Below the pieces are notes generated by a model. The model did no database searches and was not told where the DNA came from. It saw only the letters and a program-made list of their open reading frames with translations. Below are positions 34,366-46,600 of a stretch of 64,000 bases of DNA, piece after piece. The stretch lies in assembly GCA_020536535.1 (NCBI GenBank), contig JAHLWZ010000862.1, forward strand, positions 5,101 to 69,100, read 5' to 3'. The translations under genes and the position numbers were made by a program. How positions within the stretch are numbered: the first letter of the stretch is position 1; every line of letters starts with the position of its first letter. This DNA comes from Pelomyxa schiedti (taxonomy: Eukaryota > Protista > Evosea).

Positions 34366-35992
34366 ATGAGTATCTTCTCATCTACGTCGTTTTACAACTC
34401 GTCGTCCTCGTACGTCGTACCTCCGCCCGAATCTTCCGACGATGGAATCCCTACGTGGGTATATGCCGTCATTCCATTTATCTCGTTCTTTGGCGAGTTA
34501 GTAGGTAGACCACAACCCGACACAAGATAGAAAAGCCCCGTGTTGGAGTTTTATAAAATTTTAACACAAATTAGATAGCTCCATTGGAATGGGGTATGGT
34601 ACTACTCTGGTGCCAGTCCTGATGACTCCTGCTTTTCACCTTGAAAGAAAGACTATTGTCCAGTCTGTGCTAGTGTCAGAACTGTGTACTGGACTTCTGG
34701 CAACTATTTTCCACCTCCTGTTCAGAAACGTAAATTTCGGTGTGCTTGCTGGGTACTTGGTTATTGGTTTCCTAACACTCAACTTCAGGGTGCAACCCAA
34801 ATAAAATTCTGCCCAACAAGCTTGTAAAGTGCTTGAAGCTGGATAAAAACTACACCGACGAAGTTAAAAAGGAAATTGAGAAGGAGGGTCTTGGAGAAGA
34901 AGCAGTATTTACCCTTTTGCCCACTCTTCTTATTCTTATTTCTGAATCCTATTCAGCTAGAGGCACTTGTTGACGAATATATAGAAGATGACCAACACAA
35001 GTCCTCTCCTCCTGTGTCCCCAGTTTCTTCGCCGGAGATTGACCCCGCCTTATCTCCAGACATAACAGTGAGTGTCAACAAAGTCGAAGAATTTGATGTC
35101 GAAGGTCCCACTGAAGACCCTCTTGCATGGTATTGGAAAGCATACCTCACGATGAAAAGATTATGGACAAGAGATTCACAGGTCAGTTCACTGCCTCATC
35201 TGGAAAGGAAATTCCTCACTTACATGATCAGGTGGTTACACTTTTGGTTCTCTTTGGAGTGGTGGGAACTATAATAAGCACTATCATCAATGCCAAGTAT
35301 GGTTGGTCAAAGAAACAGAAGTACGCCATCAAGATGTACGTGGCAGTCATGGTCCTTTGCATGGGACTCTGCATTCTGGTTTTTACCACTTTCAAATTTC
35401 TTGTAAGTACCAGCCGTATTCGGGATATTCCAACTAATTAGGATTAGACAAAATATGCTTGGTGGAAAATAGCTATCCTGGGTCTCGTTACAGGGTTTAA
35501 TAAAGGTATCAGCGGAGGTGGCTACGGTCCAATAGCAGTATCAGGCCAAATGGTAGACAAGTGAGACTAGTGTATCTTTCTGCTGATACAAAAATAGATA
35601 TGCGGAAGACCCCAAAAAAATGCTATTGCTTCTACTTCAACCGCAGAAGCTATTATCAGTCTTTCTGGAATCATTTGCTCTCTTTCATCAAATGCAATCC
35701 AGGGAAAGAGTAAGTGTCTCTTTTTCACACTGAATCTGATTAGTCTCCAGATAGCAAGGAGCAGTACTCACTTGTACCATACCTGATAATCGGCTCGTGT
35801 ACTTCTACGCCCTTTGCCGCTTATTTCACACGCATAGTGAAAACAAAAGCCCTAAGATACATTGTTGGGATTGCAACTACTTTGCTTGGGGTATCTTGTT
35901 GTAGAGGGGAGAAATTTTTGACTTGCTCACAGGTTTACTCCATTATAGCCGCAGTACTATCGTACAAGGGCATATGGTCTGGTGCTGAGTAA
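34366..35992 (+). CDS. TauE/SafE (TSUP) sulfite/sulfur-compound exporter family membrane protein
   Basis: FISFFGELV|DSSIGMGYGTTLVPVL, VQSVLVSELCTGLLATIFH, second repeat GLVTGFNKGISGGGYGPIAVSGQM, AIASTSTAEAIISLSG; many hydrophobic segments; stop TAA 35990-35992. Confidence 0.82.
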
Positions 35993-36286
35993 ACTCTCTT
36001 TCTGATTTCTATCAAACAGTAGCTACTATTATTACATCAAATAATCTTGTTTTCCTGTTCTGAATAAGCAAGCAGGAAGAACAGAAAAAAAATGAAATAT
36101 TATTTCGAATTCTGTTGTTCTTTATACTGGGTTTTCGTATTTCTTAGGTCACTTCTGCTCTGATTTCCAGAGGGTGCCAACTGTATAACTCCAATCGAGA
36201 AGGATAGTAGTGTTTTGATGCCTGCAAGAAAGTAAAGAGTGTAAGAGGGCAGAACGGCTCAAATTGGCAACCGTAGAAACCTGGAA

Positions 36287-36854
36287 TCACGGGTAGAAAT
36301 AAACAGTTATGGATACACCAGTGCCATCGAAAGCACTCTGCACAAGGGGCTTCACTTTTGACCACTCCAAACCATCCAAGCCACAACCAATTGCCGGCAT
36401 CGCGAGGTTTGTGACCCCTTTATCCATGCAGTGGGCTGCCAGCGATTGCAGGCCTCTCTGCAGGTCCTGGTATGTGGCCTTGCTCCAGTGTTTCTCCTTG
36501 TTGACTATATTGAACACCCACCGAGATGGCGGTCGAGCTATTGCCCCAACATCACCAACCTTCGGTTTTTTTTTTTTTTGTGAGTGATTTGCATATCAAA
36601 ATAGAAGTAGTAGAAAAGTGAGAAACAGGGTTATGTTTATGTATTAAAAAAAAAGGGAAAAAAACAAAAAAGGCTGAAAACAAAGCACACACAGACAGGT
36701 TCATGGACTGCAACTCAGGCCTCATGTTCCCAAACCTCTGCGTGAACTTCACTACTATTCCTTTGCCCATTGCCAGATCTCGCGAAATGCACTGCACCAT
36801 GGAGCACGACGCCGGCGCACTAAACAAGTCCCCGTGTACCTCCCTGATCGACAT
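36287..36854 (-). CDS. OARD1: TARG1/OARD1-like macrodomain (ADP-ribose glycohydrolase)
   Basis: IREVHGDLFSAP..MVQCISRDLAMGKGI..FG, FNIVNKEKHWSKATYQDL (catalytic Lys position), LAMPAIGCGLDGLEWSKV (catalytic Asp position); one phase-0 intron. Confidence 0.88.
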
Positions 36855-36944
36855 AGTCTCTTTGTTTCCAATCAAATGACCAGCTGATCTGTAATCAGCG
36901 GGGATGATGGGCTAATCATCCTATTGTCAGTTAATTCGCAACAA

Positions 36945-37884
36945 ATGAGCCGCGGCGGACCGCGGTGGCGCATGGGGTACACCAGCAAAGAGGTGGGGGA
37001 GATGATGGAGGCGGTGGGGCCCTACGCTAGGCCCATGTGTGGCAGGTGGCCCAGCGCCGAGGAAAAGGGGCGCCTGGCCCTGCTGGTAGTGGACATGCAG
37101 CGGGAGTACGGGCCAATGGCCGCCGCAGTGGCCGGCAACGTGGCAGCGCTCGTGGCCGCGTGCAGGGAAAAGGGCATACGGGTGCTCTACACACAGGTGG
37201 GGCGGGGCTTCCTTCACCTTTTCTCGTTCTGCGTGGCCGTTCGCACCGCTATTGTGGGACATACTTCCTCACTTTTTTTTTTTTTTTTCAGCATGGGCAT
37301 GAGGACTTGGAGGAGGACGGGGGGATGTTATATGAGTTTTGGGGTGAGTTGCCAATGAGGGGTTCAAAGGCATGGCAGTTCATACCAGAAGTGCAACCAC
37401 TGCCCAGTGAACATGTTGTACACAAGGTGTGTGCATAAAAAAATAAAACAAAACATAACAAGAAGAAAAAAAAAAAAAACAAGTGACTTTCTGAGTGTGA
37501 GCAGCTACTTTGCGATTATGCTGATTGATTTGTTGCTCCCTAGAAAACGTACAGTGGCTTTCTCAACACTGATTTGGAAGAGACACTTGTATCATATGGC
37601 ACAACGACTTTGATAATTGCTGGCGTGTTAACAAACTGCTGCTGTGAGACAACTGCAAGGGACGCCTTCAATCGCGGGTATCTTTCACATTACCAACAAC
37701 AAACACGAAAAATCTTTGAAACACAAATTCACACTCTCAAAGGTACCGAGTAGTGTTTGTTCCTGATGCAACTGCAACAAGTAGCAAAGATCTCCACCTG
37801 TCCACACTCAAAACACTGGCTTATGGGTTCACCTACATGGTTCCCACTGCTGAACTCCTAAGCGCTTTGCGATCCCGCTACTAA
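36945..37884 (+). CDS. Isochorismatase-family cysteine hydrolase, most like plant NIC2/NIC3 nicotinamidases
   Basis: ALLVVDMQ (Asp), VVHK|KTYSGF (Lys), GVLTNCCCETTARDAF (Cys), RVVFVPDATAT..LHLSTLKTLAYGFTY; TQHGH..GGMLYEFW recalls TRHNH..HGMLGEWW of Arabidopsis NIC2 (from memory, needs alignment). Confidence 0.88.
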
Positions 37885-38053
37885 ATCTACTCTGCCTCGT
37901 ATCTGAATTTCCCTTCATTTTTCAAATTGGTTTTTAGTTCTGCGACTACGTATTTTTTCCCAGGAAGTGCGGCGTTGGCGACCGGTTTATTAATCATGTC
38001 GCTGTCGGGGCTGCCGGTTGGTGGCGAAAAAATCGAGGCATCGGATCGGCATT

Positions 38054-40544
38054 ATGGTTTATGTAAGCTGCTGGTTGGTGCAGGTGGTGTTGTGGATGTG
38101 GGTTACGGATTATGGGATGGTCAGTGGCACTTACGACCCTGGTCTCGTCGGCCGGTCGTTCGCTTATGGTGACTATGACTTTGGGCAGAACGCCACCACA
38201 TCTCTTCAGAGTGAATTATGGGAGAGCGGTAGGTCAACGTACACCTGTGGATTGGACCTGCCTCAGTTGCAAAAGATGAGCGAGATGCTGGGCGACAAAG
38301 CAAAGAACATGAAGCGGAATTCTGTTGATGATCAAGATTATGGGTATGATATTTCTTCTATCTCCCCTGTTTTAGGGCTCATACGAAAACATCTGATGTA
38401 GCAGAAGAAACAACGCAAATGGACGTGGAATTTTGGCGGCACAGGCAGAACACTTGGTCAAGCACATTAGAATTCACCCAGAATATTTGCTGAACACTTT
38501 GTCTTGCCTCGAAGTCGGACAACTTGTAGACTTGGGGTACAATTCACTGTGATAATTCTTTGGTTTCTTAGTTAACACAGGAAATATTCTGCCCAGAGTC
38601 CGTATCGCTGCAGTAATTTCTCAACAGAGGCGTGCATTATTGAATGTGAAGAAGCTGATGTTCTTTCCGAGGAATCCATTGCCTTTCTGCAGAATAATTT
38701 ATTTCCTTCCGTAAAAGGTTAAGAGGTTAAAATTGAGTCACTCCCCTAATTTCTTCATTGAAAAAAAAAAAAGATTTCCTTGAGCAGCACCTCCTTGTTG
38801 ACCCTGTTCAAGGAAATTTGGAATTGGATTCTGTTGTATGGAGTGCATTAAATGGGGTACTACACTCAGGTCACCTATTTTTTTTAACATCAACAAAAAG
38901 AGTTGTGGTGCTGTTGAAATACCTGACAGCTATGTTCAAGATCAAACAAATACTGTAGGAGTTCCAAATTCCGATCTTATTATTTTTATTACAAGTGTCC
39001 CCAACACTGAAAGTATGTTGTTATTCTCAGATGCCTTAATTGTATGAAAAGCTTATTTTTTTATACCAAGCGGTCCTTGCCTCTGCCCTTCCCTGTAATT
39101 TCCATTGGGATGGAAGTGCTTCTGATTGCTGCTTTGGTAGACCTTTAGCTGCTTCCATCAACATTAGTCCTCATTTTCTCAACAATTTATCCCTTTCACT
39201 TGCCTCTGTACCAAAGCAAGTCCTCGATACCTCTTCTACAACCATACCTCCACTCAACGAGTCGAATTGTACTTTCAATGAAGAATTCAAGAGAGCAGTG
39301 AAAGCCATTCTACATGAGATGACCCACGCTCTTGGATTTTCTCCTTTTTTTTATCCCTCTTTTCCTTCACAACCAGCTGTGGTCTATGACCGTATTGAAA
39401 AAAAAACGCCAGGTTGACCAAAACCTCCCTTTTTTTAAACTAAAAACCTTCAGCCGGCAAGCTGTTTGAAGTGCAGGTCCAGTTGCTGGTCACTCCAAAT
39501 GTGATTCAATTTGCTAGGAAGCACTATGGTTGTTCTGATTTGAATGGCATGCCCCTTGAGGATTTTGGTAACCAAGACGACGGCACAATGGGGGCCCACT
39601 GGGAAGCTAATATTGCAGGGGATGAATGTGTGCCTTCTTTATTAATATGTCAATCTCATTTAGTAGATATGGTTGGGGAGTTGAATGTGGACATGCGTGT
39701 CAGTGGGCTCTCTTTTAGCCTTCTTCAGGACACTGGGTACTATACGGTTCTTTTTGAAAAGTTGGATGATTGGGAATATGGCAAAGGCCAAGGCTGTGAC
39801 TTTGTAGAAGGTTTGTGCACAAGCTGGAACACAACATATCAATGCAAACACCGGTACTATTTAGCTATGTTTTTACCCTCTCACCTCTCTAGCAACTTGC
39901 AGCAATGTACACCAACGAGATTGGGAATAGGAAAATGTGATGTATTCGAGTATCAAGAGGAACTCCCTTTACAATACCAACACTTTTCCGACCCTCAGTT
40001 TGTTCTCCCACTCTTTTTTAATGCAATTTTCTCATTTTTCCCCAAAGTGAAGGTGGCTACGATGCCCTCATGGATTTTTGTCCAATTCCCTGGAACTATG
40101 AGACAGCACAAACAAGTACTGAGATATGTACTGGCTGCAGTGGCCAAATTCCTCTTGGGTCTTCACTTGGGGCAAAGCACTGTGCCTCATGTAGGTGCTT
40201 TGAATTAGGTTTGAGTGGGAACCCAGTGTGTTTGCCCACAACATGCAAGCAAGGGAAGCTGTTCATCGGCCTCAAGGTAACTAATTACAACAACACCCAA
40301 AACAAACCAAACCAACCAACAAAAGAACATCACTGTGGAGTGCCCTACACAAGGAGGCCAGGTTACAGTGCCGGGATACCTACTTTACTGCCCTCCAGTG
40401 TGGGAATTGTGCTCGATTCCACAACGCAATATCACCCCTGTTCCAGAAACCACTGAGAACCACAGCCCCACAACACAACTCACCCTCCTGCTGCTGTTGG
40501 TAGCACTTTTGTCACATATGTTTATGCCACTCTCAAGTACCTAG
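38054..40544 (+). CDS. Leishmanolysin/GP63 (M8) surface zinc metallopeptidase, probably GPI-anchored
   Basis: ILHEMTHALGFS (HExxH), VTPNVIQFARKHYGC..GMPLED..GAHWE, SFSLLQDTGYY, YGKGQGCDF, Cys-rich C-terminus, terminal hydrophobic LTLLLLLVALLSHMF; N-terminal hydrophobic leader. Confidence 0.9.
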
Positions 40545-40672
40545 ACTCAAAACCAGTTTACAACAACAAGTAAAAACAAATCTTTCTATCCTAAAAAGTG
40601 CTCACCACATTTCCCCCTTCGTCGTAAGAGATTTGGAAATTAAACGGTCACCGAGAAGCGTAACAACGCAAA

Positions 40673-43600
40673 ATGGCCAATGCCCTGGTGCGAGATCTGT
40701 TCGTGGGCGTAATGAGGCAGTTTTTTGTGGTCGACGAGGCTCTCAATTCGTCGCTGTCATCTGCCTCTGGTTTCTTCTTTTTTTTCATTTTCTCGACTTT
40801 CCTTCTTTCGCCTCTCGGTTTGTTTTTGCATTGCATTTGCATTTTCTCTTTGTCTATGGGCGTTTTCGTGAATCTCTGCTCTGTGCAACTGGAATTCCTT
40901 GTACTTGGTCATTGACTTCTATTGAGGGGATTTATGTTTCGAAAATATGAATGTGGCTCCATCGGCGCTGAATGCTCTTGAACTCCCTTTGTGCGTTCAC
41001 AATGGTTGGTTTCTTTTGTGATGCGAAATACCATGGATTCAATACTTGTGAAAAGGTACATTGCAGAAAATGCAGTTATTGATTCCTTGGAACAAATTAT
41101 TCTTGGAACCAGTTCATGTAAAAGCCTCTGGGCTTCATGTGACTCTGGGACCTCCACCAGATGTACATTCCACACTGTTTGATGAAAACTGAACAACCAA
41201 ACATATGCCAGCTTTCTGAAAAGGAGGAACAAGAAAGATATCTTAGAGAAAAGAGGCACACATTGGACAAATTTGAGAAGAGCCTTCAGCAAGGCACAGT
41301 TTTTGTTGATAAACCAAGTTTCACTGGTTATCTACTTTTGTTCTTTCTTGATTTCACCTCTTGTCCCTGTACATACAGGCAGTTTCTTAGAAAAACTGAT
41401 CGACAAACTACTCTCCAATGTTCAAATTTACATAGAAGATGTCAACATTTGTTATAAAGATACAAATGATGTAGGGTATCCTTCACACCTTCAACAATAC
41501 TCTAATGTATTCAAGAACACATTATTTCTTGGGTTCTCACTGGACCATGTTGCAATTCAATCAACTGGTCCAGATTGGATTTCACACTCAAATTGCATAT
41601 CTGGTCCAAAGTATAAGGTCTATGCAAACTTTTTTTCACATTGTCTGACATTGTTAGTTAGTGGACTTGACTGGATTGAGATTTTACGGCCCTCCTCAAG
41701 TATAACAAAAGTCAGTAGTAACACTAATAGTTGCAGAATGCAGATGGCTCTAGTTTTGCATATTTTAATGAACCCTTATCCACTCAACTTAAGGTTTTTG
41801 CTCTTTTCCATTTCACAAATGAGAACTCCTTTCAGGTGGTATGGAATACAGTTTCTACAAGGAGCACACCAAAAATTTCCTTGCAGTCATCTTGTGATGA
41901 GGTTTCCACTTCCGTTATTCAACTTGTAACAATTCTCTAAAAGATCACTGTATGTGTTGGTCACACACAATGGATTTCTATAACCAAATTGATCCAAAAA
42001 TTTACCCACTACCCATGTAAACAAGTATTCACACTTTCTATAACTATTTCTAATATCTTCTTTAGTTTGCAGCTCAAAAACCTAAGGTGAGCCCAAAGGA
42101 GGATCCAAAAGCGTGGTGGAAGTATGCTGGTACTATTCCTTTCCCTTTGAAATTATGCCCTGAAATTCCTCCAGGTAATTATGTACTCAATGAATATCGG
42201 AAACAACATTGGCACCTCTCCTGGGCAACTTTAGCAGAGAGACGAGATACCAGAAAAGAGTATATTCACTTATACAAAAAGAGTAAACTCCATGGGGGAG
42301 TATGTAACCATTTCTAAATAAGGAGCCTAATGTTTTTGCAGCAATCTTCCTTATCAGAAGAGGAAAAAACCCACTTGGCTGCACTTGATGAAAGACTTGA
42401 TATCAGTGACATCATCTTGTAGCCAGCTATACTAAAAGCTTTTATTAACAGAAGACTTAGGTATCGATCAATTGTTATGTCAGAAATAGTGGCCTCACAT
42501 ATTGGAGTTCACTCTCCCTCACAATCAAGGACACCTGGATTACTTGATGCACTTTGTTTACCAAAGGTTTAGCCCTTAGTGAAGGAACATAAATTGAAAT
42601 CAACGATATAGTTTCTGAGTTCAAAACTGGTTGGTGGAAACCTTGAAGCAACCCTTACCTCAGAAGCTCTCGAAAATATATGTACAGAGTTTGGATATCA
42701 ACATACAAAGACCATGACTGAAGTGGCACAAGAGCATTTTTTCCCCCATTGTTCACTCATGTTATAGATGTACTTTGGATTAAAACTTCAAATCAAGCAG
42801 ATTACTCTCTCCTTGAGAGATGGTGGAGCCAACATTGTTCAGAGTAAAATATCTGGTTTTGATTTTTCAGTTCTCTCTTCATGCAAAAAAATATTCTCTG
42901 TGGGTACCTCATGTGTTTGCATTATTGATTGATGTCTCCACCCAAAGATGTCTCTGTGTATTGAGAGTGGAGAGATTATGGATAGCTCTACTACAGACCC
43001 TATGTTTAGGCACATTGTAAAATCTATTTCTCTTTTCATACCTTAATTGTGTGTAGTTTTCATCTTCAACATCCACAAGACCACTTCTGCTCCTTGATTT
43101 TGAAAGAGCGGAAGAAAATAGTAATCAATTTCAAATGAGTTTGAACATTCAAAAAGAATTCGAAGTTTGCTTACCTTTCCCATTCCTGCAGAAAATTGGT
43201 TAGTATAAATTCCTCTTATCCTTTGTTTCTTACATCAAAATAGTGACCTTTTTCCCTCTCCCTTATTCACTCTGTTGCGCCAAAGGGGCACTTACAAATG
43301 TGAAGTCTATGCTTGGATTGAACTCAACATCTCCACTAGTTACACAAGTTTTTCAGATTACAACAGTGGTATGGCTGCTTGATACTTGTCCCCCTCTTTA
43401 CCTGCCCTCAGGGTGCATCCCTCACAATCCCACTGGGCCCAAATCACCCAGATACAGTTTTTCTTGTACTATCCATTGATTCATTTACTATGCATCCACA
43501 AAATCCTGGGTCAATAGAAATCTTTTCTTGTGGAGATCTAACCTTACAAAAAGATATCAGCTCGCCATTGGGGGTATCACTGCTTACTTACAAGGGATTA

Positions 43601-46600
43601 AAACAGAGCAACAATATGTACTGTACCCATTTGGTGCTACATCCTCTTTGATACCATGCTTAGAAAGTTATTCAACCTTTTGGATTTGATGTGTCAATTA
43701 CCACAGACATTTCTGACAAAACATTGCCCAAGATTGTGTATGCATAAAATATTGTTAGAAAAGCCCAAACCATGTACCAGGGTAAAGGCAGGAATACCCC
43801 ATATGAATATCCTTGTTGCAAGCGAAACACTTGTACACATAAAGCTGCTGAAATCAAAACTGAGTGATTTCATTTCTTTAGTTACAGGGCAGGTGAATCC
43901 CTTAAAACTCCCTGTCAACTTCCAGTCTTCTGAAAGGCCGATAATAGACTTTTTCCACACAGAAACTGATCTCATGTAAGTTCCCATTTAGTCAGCTCTT
44001 GGAAACCCATCAGTAGAGCCAAGCTGGTTGCAAATCTTTCTTGTGAGCTCATCTCTCTGACAGTATCTGAACATGGCACCCCACTTGCAAAAGTTTGTAT
44101 GGGATTTCGATCATTTTTTAACTTGAATGGCAGATCTTTTTTTACAATCTTGGCACACAGCTTGAAACAAATACACACTTCAGTTTCTGTCACCTGTTGA
44201 TAAAATTATCAAATATTGATGCTGTTGACTGCACCGCAGAATCGAAAGGATTGAAGAATCCTTTTATTATAACAACAGCCCCTCCAGTCCCCATGGAACC
44301 TTTCCTTACCATAGAGGTCATTCCTAAGGTTTAATTCTTTTTCCCTAAAAGCTAGAAATCCGAATTAAACATAATGATACAAGTTACAGACAGATGCAAC
44401 CCATATGAAGGCACTCATACATCCACTTTTATTTAGAATCAACCCAGAGAACTTTTCTTCACTGATCTCAATGTTCACAAAAATGTGAGCCCTTTTTTTC
44501 CTTCCTCCAAGTGAAAAGTTATTTGCCTCAGGTGGTTATCGGGACTGTCAAATATAACTGGTTCCTTCCTTATGTACCTGCTGGGACCTAAGCTTCAAGT
44601 ACTAAGTTAATTCATTGCTTCACCATTTTCATATTTGTAGATTGATGCTACAGTGACCCGACTGGGTGTGATTGTCAATAATAAGCTGGATAAGGACCTT
44701 GAATTCTCTTTAGAGTGCACTGTCCTTCAAATACGGAAAAATCGAGACTCACTCATGCTGCAAGTATTGAAATTCAAATGCTCATTTTCATTCACTCTAA
44801 CTAAAAGAAAAGGGTACAACCCAGTGCTTGTCTTTGTTGGATTACCAGTCTTTAGAGGAGCCTCCAGTATCAGTACTAATGTATGGGAATGGAGATTTCC
44901 TCGCTAATTCACAGTAGAATTATGGAAGAACCTGTCATAGTTTGGAGTCTCCAATTTCATCCTCATGAAAAACCTATTTTTGATATCAAACCCAATTATT
45001 AAATTACAATTACTGACAAAACGTGTAATACTCTCCTTAACTATCAAAATGCCAATCTTCAGCGTGTAAGACTTTTTGCTGGGCTACCATTCATAAACAA
45101 AATCCTGTAAATGGCGTTCCCTACCTAAAACCAATTCACCATGCAACAGCCACATTATAACTACTGGTCCATTGATTCAGCAGTATATTAGCGGAAAGCA
45201 GATTTCAAAAACCACTGGGACTGTAGAACCCAAAGACAACAAACCAAAATTCAGTTATTCCTCCGATTCCTCATTTATGTAGCTAATCCCTTTAAAACAA
45301 GGCGCTCATGTGACAGTGCAAGCTCCAGAAATCATCATTCCCAAGTACACAGGTTCAAAGGATAGCCTGATTATTGAACTGGGAACACTTTCACTTACCA
45401 ATAGTCTGACTCCAACATTTCATAAACTTTCTGCCTCTGTTGAGCACATGTCGATGAGAACGATAATACATAATTCTCCTGCATCTGTCATAGAGGGACT
45501 TCACTTTACTCTTACCATTGAGACAAGAGGTCAGTCTGACGCTGATAATCCTTTCAAAAAGGTGCAAAGACTTCCATTCTTACTCAAGGTTAACATGGAT
45601 AGATTGTTGTCGTTCTATCTCCAATTTACTGCCACGTATCTGAAGTACAGTATCTCTTCTTTGTGAGTCAATGGACTCCCATGCTACAAGGACTTAAAAA
45701 GTTTCTCTTGAGCAATACTGATATGGCACGAATTGTAACTGCAGCTTTGTCTCAAGCGAATTCAGGCACCCACAAAGGTTGAGAGTGTAATAAAAGTGAA
45801 CAAACTGATTCCTTTAGACTATGGTGAAAACTTCAATCTGGCAGAATTCCAGCAAATGGAGAAAGGAAATGTTGAGTTTCAGTTGAATCTTGATGTGCCA
45901 AAAATAAGCTTTGCTCTGTTGCGCAGGAATGGATCAAGGTAACACCACTTGCCATACAAATTTTCTGAGAATTGTATCAGTAAAGCCTCTGATTTGCTGG
46001 CAACCTATGAGATTATTAATATGTCAATGAAGGTGTCTAAAACTGTAGAGCACTTTATATGCGTAAGCCGAAGTCGTTGTAGTAAAGACCTGATTAGCCC
46101 AGGTTGGTGCTGTAATTCAAGCAATACAGTTCAGTGATTCTCGGGAAGATTCGCACTGTGCACTACAAGTATTCTCACAGTTCCTTGTGGTATCACTAAT
46201 TTTATGATTACAGGACTATTTCTCTTGTCAGAATGAAACAAGTGCCCTTACAGTAGAATTCATACAGGAACTGAAGACTGGTGTACGTGCATGCTCAATT
46301 TTACTTGATTCCCCCACATTTGTTGTTCTACCTTCAATGCTTTCAGAAGTCAAGGTACATTCAATTCTGGAACGGAGAGAAATTCATTATGCACACCAGG
46401 CTTTTGCATCTAAAGCTCATCTGATTAAAAACCAAATCCTTTCGGAACCAGAACGGACACTCGATTCCCCCAAATTAACCTCAGAGGCGACTGACCCAAG
46501 TCTGATCCCTGGCTTTTTCCAATTTCTCAATTTCCTTCACTTCAGATCCATTTCCTGCAATCTATTTTATGTTTACAGTTAACAACCTGGAAGTCATTTT

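Noticed and set aside
9979-35992. A sulfur-metabolism gene cluster (ATP sulfurylase plus TauE)
   Set aside because: The genes are about 23 kb apart with a dozen unrelated genes between them; a functional link remains possible but physical clustering is unsupported.
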